This document shows, piece after piece, positions 38,731 through 53,092 of a stretch of DNA of 64,000 bases. Location: NCBI GenBank assembly GCA_013265495.1, contig MU058065.1:10209720-10273719 (forward strand). The letters are read 5' to 3'. Numbering within the stretch: the first letter of the stretch is position 1; each line of letters starts with the position of its first letter. The notes under the pieces are model-generated. The model was not told the origin of the DNA and did not search any database. It worked only from the letters and a program-made list of their open reading frames with translations. A program made the translations under genes and the position numbers. This stretch comes from Vicugna vicugna. Its lineage: Eukaryota.

Positions 38731-41362
38731 ATTTGATAACCAACGTCCTGTTTTTGAATTTAGAAAAAAAGTATAACATTTGATCAAATGCTTCAGTAAT
38801 TACCAAGTAATGGAAAATACAAAATGTGACATTTACTTTGACAAAGTTAAATTCATTTGTTATATAAGAACTAAAAGATGGAAGTCAATGAGCATAAATT
38901 ATCCCAAGTTTCTAAATAAATGGATTTTTTTAAATTGTTTTCTTAACTTTTGCTTTGGTTTTTGTCTTGGTTCATTTTTGTTTTAGTTTTTGAAAGCTAA
39001 AGAGTTGAATAAATTTATAGGTTAAGTTAAAAGAGCCAATGGAAAAGAAGAAGTTTAAGATAGTCCATGAAGCACAACCTTGGTAGAGGCAGAAGTATGC
39101 AGTTCCGAGCAAATACACAGCATAGGTTAAAACCTAAATAAAAGAATGAATGCTTTTTCCTTTTAAGAAAAAGAATGAAAGATGAGGATGAGATAAAATT
39201 TTAATTGGAGCATAAGAATAAACAAACTGTGTGACGGATGCCCTCTATTTCATAGCGAAGATTCCACCTTATCATTTCGGATCCTCATCAGTGAGGGAGA
39301 TGGGGTGGGATGAGGGTCTACAGAGGCCCTGGGATGTGAACAGTTGCCACTGGCATTGGAATGAGATGTGCCCACTGGCTTGTGAAAGGGTGACTGAGCA
39401 GCTCTGAAGGCCTGATTGAGCCTGGAACTAATGAATCCCTTTGTCTTGGAATCAATTTTTTTTTTTTAATACTACCTGGTTGAAAGGATCGTTAATGTGC
39501 ATGAAGGTGGTGGTTTTAGGGTTGGAGGATTTTCAGTGATTGTGTTAACATTTCAAGGGCTGAGAAATTTGAGGGAGTTGGTGAGAATGTACTTAAAATG
39601 TACATTTGAGATAAGGCTTGGTAAATAGGGAAGTAAATCTAGAAGGAATTCTATAGACTGGCTATTAGAAAAGGCCAAGGGCTGTATGCCACTAAACAGA
39701 TGAAGAAAATTGTGTGTAAGAGTGGAGTCGGAGGCAATTCTTCCTCTGTCACTGGTTTGCCTAAGGAAACAAACCCATTGTCTTTATGACACTTGCACAT
39801 ATACCCAAATCTGATACATAGAGTTACTTTTTGAATGAATCATGATTAAACAACCCTTGATAAAGTGTATATTTAAGAATTTTAGAAAACCTTTCCATTT
39901 TTTTCTATTTATTTCTCTATTTTAGGTAAAACTTGTTTTTTTTCAACTTGTTAGATTGAGCGTTCAGTATTTTTCTTAACTAGCATAAAAATTTTAAACT
40001 TCTGAAATTATTAGAAAATGGGAGGGGAAGAACTGGCCCTATGTACACTGGTGTTTATAACCTCAGTGGCCTTCCGTATCTCTGCACATCAGATTTTATG
40101 GAAGTATTTCCCAACTGGGTGGAATTTCTAAGTAGAAAACCCGTTTATTGCATTTATTGCTAAATCATTTATTACCAAAGTCTTCATTGCTTTAATTTTC
40201 TGCAGTCAGTGAAATCATTTTGTCACATGTAGTAATTTATTTTAGAAAAACAAATAAATGAAATGTGAGTGTAATTTAAAAGAATAGATGAAGGGGGTTG
40301 AGAAAATATCAAGTTTTACAGACTTAATGATTTCTGAAAATCATGTGAATCAATGTGTATTTTTAAGGCCAAGAGTTCATTCACAGGTTATAGTCATGAT
40401 ACAAACTCCTTTATTATCTCCTAAATTAGATAGTCTCTGGGTATCTGTGAATGGTTTTAAAATGACCTAGAAATGTAACTCATCATGGCTAAGGCCCATG
40501 TGGATTTAGATGTCAAATTTGGATCTATGAGGAAAAACTATTCACCAATGTACTAATTAAGATACTATTTGAGGAACTATTTCAACAATCAAGGATTTAT
40601 TAATGCAAAACTTAAGCCTGGTGGAAAGTTGGGAGTCTCTGCCTTCATTTCCTAGTTCTTACTGTGGCAGGCTGCTTCCTTGTTCATTCTTTGCCTCCTG
40701 CCCACTTGCTCCCTACCCATCTTATGATTCAGAATCATATGACATACACTGATGACTGGTGAAATTTCTTTGGATTGGGGTGAGATGGGGCAGAAAAAGG
40801 AAAATTTGAAAGTTAGTGTAGATAGAAATTTTTACGATGGATGAAGGGAAATAAATAAGGGATATTCCTCATATTAGATGTTGTAATTCTCATTTTTCAG
40901 ATTTGCAATCTGAAGGTCAGAGAACTTGAATTACTGAGCTAAGGCGAAATGAGAAATATGTGAGACCATTGCTATTCCACACTTCTTACTTCAGTCCTAA
41001 TGCTTTTCTCCCTTTATCACATAGATCTTGGCTACCCCTATTTCTCAAAGTATTTTTTAAATAAGGAGAAAATTATTTTAAATAATCATATCCTGAAACT
41101 CCCTTACCATCTTCAGAACTTATTAAGCACAAATCCTCACAGTCACGCACGAACATAGATATGCACACACCCCTTTCCATCTCAATTGGCAGCTAGTTCT
41201 TCTGCTGTCTACAACACTAGTAACTGGGAAATGGAAAGAGATCCATTCTTAAAGTGCCTGTGTAAACTCTGTCACTGGATTTATCCCCAATTCCTGAATA
41301 TTTTAGAAAGACAGACAAAATAAAAGCAGAATAGCCAGAAAGAATGAAATGGTAAATAGATT

Positions 41363-41730
41363 TGTGTCAGAGACTGTTAATGCTCCCGCGTATCTGACTG
41401 ATTCTCTCTTCTGGTTTTACAACTAGGCTACAGATTCTGACGTCCCTTGTGATCAGGTATCACCCTGTGATGAATTCTGACTAATGAATTGTGGATGGAA
41501 GTGATGCATACATACTACTAGCAGGATTGGCTTTGTCTGTCTCCCATTCCCCAAGTCAGACCTCTTAACCGTCTCCCAGCTGAATAGATGGGGCTTCAAG
41601 TGTCTGAAAGAAAGGGAAACAAGGTAGAATTCCCAGGGTCCCGAATAAGTCCATAGAAGAGTGTGAATGAAAAAATAACCATTTACTTTGATAAGTCACA
41701 GACATTTGGGAATTTGTGTTAATTACTTAG
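41363..41730 (+). mobile_element. MLT1J-like MaLR LTR
   Basis: tgtgtcagagactg...cccttgtgatcagg...tgtgatgaattctgactaatgaattgtggatggaagtgatg...aaataaccattt...taagtcacagacatttggg. Confidence 0.65.
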
Positions 41731-42654
41731 AGTTGCTAAATCAAGTATCTGAAGGAGAATGTTGACATGAAAATATAGAATAATATTTAGCAAGGATATT
41801 TAAAAAGAGAGAAGGTGGGAAAGAAAATGTTTCATTGTTTTTGTCACTGTTTTATTTCTCTCACTTTTTTGATGGTATTTTCTTTAACATCACTAATTCA
41901 TTCTTAACTGTTCTTCTTCAAATCTTTTTGTGACAATGGCCACAAAGGCCATGCAGTCTCTAACTTCTATGATTGATGTTATCCTTTGGCATTTTTTGGT
42001 TCTCAGACATACTGACTTACAACAAAACAAAACAAAACGAAAAAAGACTTGGTTCTTTCACTGACAGTCCAATATATAATATCTGTAAGGTTATTAAACA
42101 GATTTGACAGTGGAAATTAGTTATTCAAAAGATACCAAGAGGATAGATAAGAAAAGTTTGTTTAGAGATGAGAGCCCAGGAATCTGCCTCACTACACATA
42201 GAAACCCAAGAGGCCCTTGAAATGTGTAAATGCAGTCAGAGCCCAGGAGTCCATTGGATGTACTAGGATCCAGATGTCTCTGTACCTTAGGAAGAAGGCT
42301 ATAGAATTTGGGGAACTGACATGAGGTGAGCAACGTGTTTCTATATTCACCACAAGTGAAAATATGAGTCAGAAAATGCAACTTCTTTTATATAAATACC
42401 ATTACGAACCCAGGCTCAAAGAGCAGATCTAAAGCTATATATCAGATTGCAAAATACATTCATGCTTCAGAGGTTTTTATGTTCTAAGGATCAGCCAAAG
42501 AGTTTGATTATAGACTATGTACATTTACGTCTGGATAGAGACATAATAATTGAGATGATCAGACAAATATGAACATCTCTTGAAAAGCAGACTCAGGGGA
42601 CATTATCATCCTGCCTTGAGAATGGCTTATACTCTCTCCCACTCCCACTCTTTG

Positions 42655-42699
42655 TAATAATAATAATAGTAATAGTATTAATAGTAATAATAATAATAA
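42655..42699. repeat. Imperfect (TAA/TAG)n trinucleotide repeat adjoining a MIR end
   Basis: taataataataatagtaatagtattaatagtaataataataataac followed by MIR-like ttgagtgtctac. Confidence 0.85.
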
Positions 42700-45600
42700 C
42701 ATTAGCTTACTATGATTGAGTGTCTACCGTGAGCTAAGTATAGTAAACTATCCCAGGCTCGTCTTTTAGAATTAAAAAAAAACAGATTAAAATATACTTG
42801 CTGGGTAAAAATTAGTAAGTATATACTATGTCCAACAAAATGAGATGACGTACTGGTAGATAAAATCAACAAAAATCGTATAATTATCTTTGGAAGCCTG
42901 AGGATTCTGGAAACATATGACTTGGCCAATGGACTGATGAATCAAGGAACAGGAGCAGATTCTGACTGGAGTAAACTGAAGCCTTATTTGTGGTGTCACA
43001 CCTGCTTAGGGACACAGCTTTCCTTATAGTCAGAATTCAAACAATCCCCAAATAGAGCAGCCAAGTACTCCACAGACCATTCCTCACAGTGTCTGGTGCG
43101 TGCCCAGGGGGGATTCATGCAGAAAGTGTTGGCATCACAAAATGTTACCAGGCCAACGTGCAGATTGGGCTTCCAGCCCAGTCACACTAAGTACCAGGAG
43201 GCAGCAAAGGGGAACAGCTGGCAGCTGTTACGTCCACACGCATCACCCTCCCCCCTCCTCACTCCTGAAGGATGAAAACAGTCTTCTTACATCTGGGACA
43301 GGAGCTGCCATCACAGCTCATGGAGCCCTGTCAGGGGGCTATATCTGGAAGAATATAAATATCAACAGGGGTTTGCATGCAGGGACAGCTTAAAGCTGTC
43401 AGGTGAAAAATGAAGGGGAGCACACAAGTGTTCAAGGGACTCAACCAAGTGTATTTCTGGATTATATCCACTTTTGTTATCGGATACAGTGAAGCTGGAG
43501 AAACTCCCGTTCCAGCGCAAGACCTGATGATAGACGATGTATTTTAGAAACATCCCTTTGATGCAAATTTTTCATGTTTTTTCACTTCTCGAACCTTAAT
43601 ATGGTCCTCAGTCTAAAGAAGTGGCTTCCATTAAACAGATACAGTTGTGTATTATTTTGTATATATATGCTAATATCACCCATGAACATGTGTAATTATT
43701 TGACCAGAACAAATTAGAATATGTAAAAGGCAGACAATTTTATGTCCATCTGAAAAGTGGGGCTACTCCTAATTATATTAGAGTTTGATGTATTAAAATA
43801 AATAATACCTGCTATAGGCCTTTAGACCAGTCCTTGAAAATAATAATCAGTAAATAAATGTTACATCTTTAAACTGTCCATCTTTTCCATATTCTGACAG
43901 GCCTTGATCCATATCACAATCCTTTTTCATATTCTTTGCTTCTATCTTTTCTGTTTTTTCTTTTCAATAAATTTTGATACATGAGATTTATCTCCAAAAT
44001 ATTAAAACAGATTATCTCAGTGGAGATCCAGGGACTCTACATTTTAAAAAATGTTCATAGCCCTTCTCACAGTTCTGAGTTAATTAATGTAACATTAATA
44101 TTTGTGCATCTCTCCATTATCCATGTTTTCTTCTATTTCATATTACTATAGAAAGTTTATGTCTTCTATTTTAAATAAAAGACCCACAAGCTTCTTAATC
44201 ATTCATGCATAAAATCTTGGAGTCATAAAAATTACTTATTGCTAACTCATTGCCACCCCTCCAGTAGATAGAGCTACGCTCAGTGGATCCTATCTCTGAA
44301 GTGCCTGAAGATACCTTACGGATTATAAGCTATATGTTTCAGTCTGAATAGTTTTAATTTCAAGTAGTATAAAAGCAGCCAAAACTGCCTTAAAATTTAA
44401 TAAAGATGATTTATCGGCATATGTGTCTCCAGCTTTCAGAAGTAGGGAAAAATTCAGGGTAGTTTGATCAAGGTTTCTGTTCCATCTTCTATTTTTTCTC
44501 TTGTTTGTTCCTTCTTCTGTTGTAGGTTTTGTATTTGTATTGTTTTGCATTCTGGTTAGTCTAGTTTAAGTCATGCAGTCATCTTTTAACAAGTCGCTGT
44601 GGCTAGATAAATGTGATGCACCGAGTGGCTAAAAACTGGGTTATGTGTCCCTCCTGCTCAACCTTTAATCTATCAGTATTTGACCTATCTTAGATTCTTC
44701 TTCATCAAAATATGGTAAATTTCCACCCATCTCTACAGATAGTACACAAATGGCTAATGGTATGTTGATGCCCACCAGCCAGTTTCCACCAGGGCCACAC
44801 CTGTAGTCAAAGTTATCCATATTTTTGCTGTAACAAGGGAGATTGCTCACCGTGAAGAAATGTGAGATGTCTTGGTAAAAGTATTGGGAGGCAAATGCTA
44901 TAGGAGATGCGATTGTGTTTAGTGAAATCTAATAAATATTCAAAGAAGCAGAGGTTTCCACTGGACTGAGAATTGTCATAAAGCTGTGACATGTCAGTGA
45001 CGGGTATCTTAAAATTTTGTATCTAGTAATGTGGATACATGAAACTGCTTTTATCTTTCTCAAGTGGAATGGATGCTGAACAGGCAACCACAAAATTTGC
45101 TATACTCTGTGAAATTCCTAAGGACATGAATCAAATTTTTCTAATTACCTAAATCATATCCACCACGCATTAAAATGGCTGTGTACATAGTAAGTGTGAA
45201 GTTCATATTTATCAACTCACACTGAAAATTATCCTTCAGATGAATCAAGTGACCCTATGGAATTTTATGTGATTTACCCAAGATTTAGGTTGATGATTAA
45301 AATATCTATCATTTATAAAATGTTCATTTTGACATGAAGAATTTTAGGGACTTAATGTACATTAACAGATTCAATCCCCAAACAAAACCAATATGTCTGT
45401 ATTGTTACTCTCATTTTGTGAGTGAGAAAACAAGGCTGAATAAAATCTAATACTTTAGTCAGTGTCATGCAAATAGCATAAGTTATATCTGTATTTTTCT
45501 ACTAAGTATCATTGTTTCTTTACAGAAAAATGAACTTAAATATTCTAGACTTCTAGAAATCTGGTTTTGCAAAGTTTTAGCAGCAGCAAGGCACAAAGCA

Positions 45601-48354
45601 CATGATTCTCTAACCAACAATCTTTGACTTCAGCATAATTTTGAAAACTATATGCAATTCAGAGTGTTCTTGATACAATGAGAAATATTAATATAATAAT
45701 CAACACCCAGCTTCTCTGTCACTGATGGATCATAACAAGAATCAAATCTATTTCCTTATAAGTGCAAAAATAAAGAAGTATAATTAATGGGGCATTTTCT
45801 TTGGTTACCCAATATCATAAGCTACTGCATTTTTTGTGGCTATAATTGCAATATTAATCTCTGAAGGTGTTTTAAGTTTAGTTTACTGTGCTTATTTCTT
45901 TGATTAAGTCCATTTTGTTGCAATGCACATGTCATACATCAGGGTTGACCATGCTCTTCTTGTTTTTTTCATTGATTTTAATTTAGCCCTGTGAAAACAT
46001 CCTCATAACATGACTGTTGTACCTGAATCTGAGCTTTACTGTGTTAATGTACACAAATGCACCAAACTCTTGAGAAATGGAGGTGCTCCAAAATGTGGAC
46101 ATTTTAAATAAGACAGCTCTGTTCTCAATCAAATCAAAAAAGTTTTAAGTTATCTTTGGTTTTGCCAGAGACTGAGAAATTGAGGAAAGAACAGACTGTA
46201 GAACTCAGAGAATAATGATTACCAAAGCCTTTTTTCCCCCTTTGCTGCATGATGTTTTTCATTGGAGTGTAGTGTAAACATATTCTTTTGTTCCTTATTC
46301 AAGAAATGGGCCATAGTCAATACAGGAAACTTTGGTTGAAAGGAGCTTTACGGTACATTCTAAATCATGGAACATATAACCTATACATAGATAGATCTTC
46401 CCTTTCTTACCCTCTTCTAAATTTCTAGAAACTCCTTTCATAGTTCAAATTTCCTTTCCAAAGACCTATTTCCAAATACTATATTTCAATCTTTGGTGGC
46501 TTTCCATGTTATATCAGAGAATAATAAATGTAAACGTAACATTTAAACTATCAGTAATTCGTTTTGCAAGAGCAGTTCAAAGGGAATACCACACCGAAGC
46601 TATTGATTGAGATGTGAAATTGCAGAAACATTACACATGACTTTAACTTTTTTCTACTTTAAGAAGAATTTGTATGGGCACAATCATGCAGCAAGATAAC
46701 AAGATGGGACTCTATCAGCTACTTACACTTTAACTTTTATATTGCCCTTACTGGAAGGAAATTATTCTGAAATTTGTTTTTCATTCCATCAGGGTTAAAA
46801 TTAAGAATTTCTTGCATTATTCAGTCAAAGTAACCAAGGATGCATATATCTGAACAGGAGAGTATAACCTGATCTATTTGCCTATTAAGAGAATCTCATT
46901 CACAAGCTTAGCTATCAAAATAGTTTTGAGGTTCCTTTAATATATGTGACAAAAAGGTAATAATATATGGTTTTAATTATAACATTGTAAAAATAAGTTT
47001 CCTTCATGACATTAACAGCTGTTCATAAAAAAATAAAATAAAACAATGGGGAGCAAGTGTGTTTCATCCATTACTGACAAGGAAAAGGATGTTTATAGAA
47101 ACATTTTAATCATTTAAATTGTTGATGTAGCTTGATGGCAAACTGTCTCTCCAAAACATATGTTTTTCATTGTCTGAATCATATTTTTCCATCTCAGCAG
47201 GGAATTAACTTGAGCTGATATTACCATAATAACAGAAAGATTTAAGGATATTCATTTCTCAATAAACAGATGTTGACTTCTATAGAGGTCAAAGTAGCAA
47301 GTACCTGAAAGTACTTGAAAGGCAAATTGCAAGTTTTTCTGCTAATGGCTATCAGATATTAAACAACTGATGTAGTTCAGAGTGATTATTTCATTAGGAA
47401 AATTTCTACTTTCTTTTTATATATATATATATACACAAACATATATATAAAAAATCATGCCAACTTCATTTTAGTTCTATAATTCTCATGATTGTCCAAT
47501 CTTGAATTCAACGCATTGCATTGCTTGAAAAAAAGATAATAAATCTTATCAACAGAAGTTCGTTTCCAAGAACTTAGTCATAGCCATTTTAAACTACTGT
47601 AAAATGAGAAGATTCTTTTGTTTAAACCTTATTTCCAATGCTGAATGCAGAGCTTATTGTGAAAATGGCACACACACTTGGCATTGCCTGAAACAAAGTT
47701 TAGATCCTTTCATCATGAAAAGCATTTATGAAGAGTCTTCAGGTATGTAACTCTTGGCAAGCTATTGTATAAAATGATTCAACAGAAAAGCTGCTCTCAG
47801 CTAGAAGTAGGCTGTCTGTGAATTAGTGTCACCTCTGAGCTATGCTGATGATCAAATAGAAACTAGCTACGAAGGTCTGAAGAGTGGCCATTAAAACAGT
47901 GTTCACCAGGAGTTATCCACTTCCTACTGAACTGCCAGGCTGAAGTACGTGCAGCAAATATCACCAAGGTAGAAAAGAAGTACCTATCTCAAAGTATACA
48001 GTGCAGTGGTTGATTACTGGTAAACATTAGTAGAGTTGAATCCCCAGTGTGCAGCTGTCTGAAAGGATAAATCTTTTTGAGTCAAAGAATGTTTACATAC
48101 CTTAACAAATATTCATGCAAGGACTTAAATGAAGAAGAGGAGTATCCAGAGTACTCCGAATCGATATGACAGAGAAGTTAAAACCCTAAGAGGAACAAAT
48201 GTGCTTGGCATTTACAAAGAACAAAAGAATGATCTGAAAATACGTATGAAGATTAAAAGGAAGCATACTTACATATGTTAAGTGGGGTAAGATGGTGATT
48301 ATGGAAATCTAAGCAGAAGAGTTAAAACTTTAATTACAGATCTTGGAGAAATTT

Positions 48355-49270
48355 GCAGATATTTCAAATTTAACTTGCCTAAAACAACTTTTCAGTCTTT
48401 GCCCCATTTAGTAGGAGGACTTTTCACTCCATCAGAAACTTGGGAATGATTCTTACAGCCTACCTCAACCTCACACTCGCAAAATACTTATTCTAATCCT
48501 TTCAGTGGAACTTCTAAAATATATCTTTCCATTTCTCTCTTTTTCTACTGCCAAGACTCCAGTCCAAGCCAGAATCATTTCATGGGTGGTCACTACCATA
48601 GCTTTCCCAATTAATCTCCCCATTTGGTCTCTTGCCAATTCTCCTAATCATTCTCTATGCAAAGCAGGAGAAATTTTTAAAACTATATATAAACTTGAAC
48701 ATGTCAATCCTCGTACTAAGACCTTTCAATGAACTCTCATCCTCTTAGAATAAAACCCTAACTCCTTACCATGGCCTATAAGGTCCTGCATTACTTCACC
48801 CCATTAACCTCTCCAATATTACCTGTCCCACTGCTCCTCTCACTCAGAACGATTGAGACACTTTGGTCTTCTTTCTGTTATTTGGAAAAACCAGGTTTGT
48901 CTTTGTCTTATCATCTTTAAACATGCAGTTTTCTCTGCCTGGCATCATCTTTCTCTTCTTAGCTGGATTGATATCTTCTCATTCTCATATCTCATTTTAA
49001 AATTCAATTCTTCAGAAAGGCAGTCACTTTTCGTACAACAAAAATTGTTTCTATACTCCTCATTATTCTACTCTGTATTCTTTATTTCAGTTTGAATTGA
49101 AATTTAAAGGGCACATATTTTTTGCATGTGTATCTGATTAATTTTTATCTTTTCCCCAAATATTTTAATCCTAGGGAGGGTAATGGAGATACCTGCTTTG
49201 TTCACTGCTTTATTCATATGGCTAAGCCCAGGATCTGAAGAGATCAGGCTTTCAAGATATGGTTAGACAA
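48355..49270 (+). mobile_element. L2 LINE 3' region
   Basis: ctactgccaagactccagtccaagcc...catgtcaatcctc...cctttcaatg...cttagaataaaaccctaactccttaccatggcctataaggtcctgca...ttgttcactgct. Confidence 0.8.
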
Positions 49271-50639
49271 TAGAATACGACTGACCTTTGGGATCCTTCC
49301 ACATCTCAAGTGAGAAAAATAACATTAATAGTGATTAATTTTATAAAAGCACACAGTAAGTCAGTGCTGGAAAGAGAACTCTTGGATTCCAAACAAGTAT
49401 TAGTTTTGTTCACAGGATTGCACTTATTTTCTGTAGCAGCTAATAGAAAATCATTGTGAGTTTTTGTCAGGATGGTGGGAGTGAAGGTGGGTAGGGGTTA
49501 CAGATGGTGTTGGGGAAGGGCATATTTGACATGGTGCTCATTCTGGAAGGTGCCACCTATCCAATGAAGACGTTTCTTTTACAAAACCTATTGCACAAGC
49601 TAATTTGGGCTCTGTTTGAATATTTACAGTGTAGCAGCTTTCACTTATTTCATGAAGCAGCTCACCCCTTTGCCAGAGAGTTTTACTTTTATAGAGCACT
49701 TTTTTAATAGTGAGCGAAGATCCATATAGCTCTATTTGATCCCAGTTCTGTCCTTTGTAATAGAACACAAACTAAAAGAGCTCTTGATGTCATGGGACAT
49801 ATTCAGTTAAATGCATTCATTACATATTGAAAATGTAATTTTGACTTTGATAAATTGATGTGTGATAGATCTAATCAGAGGGAAATTTATGCCTCTCTAT
49901 ATAAACATATATTTGAATAAATCTCTATCTATCTATCATCTAGAAGGATGAAGAGGCCCATAAAAACAGTTTTAAAGGAATTTTTTATTAGAATTAATTG
50001 AAATGGATCCATGTAATCAGCAAACAAATATTTTCAATATAAAGTTTGTAAGAGAAAAGGAAATGAAAATGATAACCTATTATCACAAATCATCAGAACT
50101 AAATAATTTTTTTCTTTATATTAATATCATTTGTAAAGTTATACTGTATATGAATAAATCCTATAATACATAATTGAACAAAGACACTGTTTTTGTAATT
50201 AAATCCTGAATTTGGGTAAAATATGTATATATTCAACTTCAGAAGCCTGATGGCTACATCTGAATGAGAATGAAAATCAGTAGCTGATAAGTCTTTCAAG
50301 TGTACTGTGGAGGAAGAAGATGGGAACAGATATCTGAAACTCCTTAGAACTGAAATTTTTAAAATACTAAGAAAACTCTCAACTCAGTAAAGCAGTTTGA
50401 CTTTGAAGAATTAATTCTGCAAAACTTATCTGGAGATTGAAAACTGCTGGGTAGCCATTATTTATCATGACACTTTGATGTCACAGAAAATAATTATCTT
50501 GCAAATGTTTCATGTAATAAGCTATACCTGATATGTAGTAAAATCTTTCTTGTGAAAGATGAAAAGAGGAAAAAAATAATGCATCCGCAGCTGTTTTGCA
50601 AAAGAATTTAAAAGGTGAGTTCAATTGCATGCAGGGTTT

Positions 50640-51960
50640 TCCCTAAAATTTTTCTTATGAAAAATTTCTGGAATTCAGAAAAGTTGAAGGAATAGTAAAG
50701 TAAGCACTATATACATCCACCATATGGATTCAACTATTATTGACATCTTACAATATTTGCTATATGTTTATCTATGTTTGTTCCATCTATGCATATACAT
50801 ATTTTTATTGTTTTGATGGAAGTACTTCAAATTAAGCTGTAGACATCATGAAATTTCACTTCAAAATATATTAGCACGTCTTTCTCCAAAATAAGTGCAT
50901 TCTCACACACAAAACAGTATTGTTACCACAGCTAACAAAAATTAACAACTCTCTAATATTAGCTTAAGTTCATACACAAAATTCTCACAATTGTCCAAAA
51001 AGCAGTCCTCTAAAACTTAGTGGTTTCAAACAAGGATTTAAATCCCAAAATGCATTTGTTGATTATATCTTGTTCCTGAAATGTTCTCCATCTTTGCTTC
51101 CTTTTACTTTTTAAGAAGATTAAGTTAGATGTCTTGTAGAATGCCCCCCATTCTGCATTTGTATGATTGTTTCCTTATGGTGTTATTTAACCAGTTTCTG
51201 AGTGTCCTGTAAACTGGAAATTATACCTAAAGTATCTATCAGATTTGGCTTGTGCAGTTTTTGTCCAGAATGCCATGTGAGTGATGCTTTTGTACTTCAT
51301 GTTGCATCAGATGAGGAGGTATATAAATTCTGGTTGTCCTATCACTGGTAGTGTTCACTCTAATTACTTAATAAGGCGGTAGCAACTAAATAGCCTTATT
51401 TTAAGATTATCTATATATATCTTCCAAATCATAATTTGTCAGATGATATTTTGACATCATGTGGATATTGTATCCCCCCCACAACATTTTACTTTTTGAT
51501 TTTAGCATCCATTGATAATATTTTCCTCAATTAATTCTTTTTATTAGAGGCTTAAAATATTAAGTTTACGTTTATTAGCCAAAGTTGTTGTGTAAAAAGA
51601 AGGGCCTTCCTCTTTGTCTACAGGCAAATAATTTCTCCTAAAAAAACAGAGTAAATGTTTAATTTCCTACTCTATTATTAAACTAAGGAGTTTGTATAAC
51701 ACCCATCTCCAATGTTTGAAATTTAGTTTGCTTTTCCTGCTCTCTTAATATCTCTACAAACTTACAGATACTTATTTATTTAAGATGTTACAATCAATTA
51801 CAATCATTATTCTTTTCAATTTCAAGTTGTGACAAATATGTAGAATGGGATTTCATTCAAGTTGGCTCCTGTGTCTTTTTGACATTCTTTGCATTGGTTT
51901 TTTTTAGTACTTCTATGCTTTCAGTTAAAGTAAAGTATCCCAGATTCATCTTGCATTTTC
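50640..51960 (-). mobile_element. Old L1MC-like 3' UTR (antisense)
   Basis: tatgaaaaatttc...cagaaaagttgaaggaatagta...tgtagacatcatg...gtcttgtagaatgccccccattctgcatttg...tcaagttggctcctgtgtctttttgacat. Confidence 0.7.
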
Positions 51961-51964
51961 CATT

Positions 51965-52310
51965 ATATCATTTTATAATACCTCAGTGTTCTAGTAAGTA
52001 AAATGTTTCTCTGAGTTCTGTAAACCATTCTAGCAAATTAAGTCTAAGGAAGAAGTTGTAGAAACCTCTAATTTACAGCCAGTCTGTAAGAAGCACAGGT
52101 AACAGGCTGGGCTTGCAACTGGTGTCTGAATTGGGGAAGAGGGGCAGTCCTATGGAACCGAGTGCTTAACTTGTGGCATCTGATGCTATGTCCAGGTAGA
52201 CAGTGTCAGAACTGAGTGGAATTCTCAGACACTTGTTAGAGAGTTGCTTTGTGCTTTGTGGGAAGTGCCCCTGTCCCCCAACACTATATTGGAATTGGGC
52301 CCAGGAATGT
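51965..52310 (+). mobile_element. MER21-like ERV LTR 3' half
   Basis: gtaagtaaaatgtttctctgagttctgtaaaccattctagcaaatt...cttgcaactggtgtctgaa...ggggcagtc...atctgatgctatgtccaggtagacagtgtcagaactgag. Confidence 0.75.
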
Positions 52311-52314
52311 GAAA

Positions 52315-52373
52315 GACTGTTTAAGCCATCCAGTTTTTGATACCTTGTTATAGCAGCTCTAGCAAACTAATAC
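52315..52373 (+). mobile_element. MLT1 LTR 3' terminus
   Basis: tgtttaagccatccagtttttgataccttgttatagcagctctagcaaactaatac. Confidence 0.75.
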
Positions 52374-52479
52374 TTCTTACTACCTTATGAGCTGTTTTAT
52401 GGAAAAAACACCCCAAAATCTTGATGTATAATTTTTAAAACTATTAGATTCGATTATATTAATTGAGAGTAAAAATTGA

Positions 52480-52680
52480 TTTTATTTTTATTGAGGTACA
52501 GTTGATTTACAGTGTTGTGCTTTGTTAGTTTCAGGTATACAGCAAAGTGATTCAGTGTATGTATATATACATAATATATTCTTTTATAGATTCTTTTCTA
52601 TTATAGGTTATTACAAGATATTGAATATAATTCCCTAAGCTATACAGTAGATCCTTGTTGTTTATCTATTTTATACATAG
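52480..52680 (-). mobile_element. 5'-truncated L1 3' UTR
   Basis: ttttattgaggtacagttgatttacag...cagcaaagtgattcag...ttattacaagatattgaatataattccct. Confidence 0.88.
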
Positions 52681-52944
52681 ATATGATATGTTTTATACAT
52701 AGATATGATATACATAGATACAAAATATGTTATATTTTGGTTAGTGTATCTTTGAGCTATCTTTACCTTACAAATTACTTTTAACTATTCTGTGTTCTTA
52801 TTATAAATATACCTCTTCTAAATAACTATTAGCAAGATTCTCATAATCCATTCTGACAATGTCTATTTTTTTAACTACAGGGTTATTTGATTTATATTAT
52901 TGTGGTTATGCTTAAATGTGAATTTGTTTCTATTTTACTATTTT

Positions 52945-53092
52945 TTATTAAATTTTTTTTCAAGATTTTATTTTTTTAGTTTTTGGGGAGGTTATTAGGT
53001 ACTTATTTATTTCTTTGTAACACAGGTACTAGGGATTGAACCCACAGCCTTATGCTAGGCATGCACTCTACCACTGAGCTATACCCACCCCC
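52945..53092 (-). mobile_element. tRNA-derived SINE, camelid Vic-1-like
   Basis: - strand reads ggggtgggtatagctcagtggtagagtgcatgcctagcat...gggttcaatccctagtacc (A and B boxes) then aaataaataag...taataacctcccc and an A-rich tail; TSD tctattttactatttt / tctattttcctatttt. Confidence 0.9.

Noticed and set aside
53025..53092. tRNA gene
   Set aside because: tRNA-like head has a deleted anticodon/variable region and continues into a SINE body with A-rich tail and TSD
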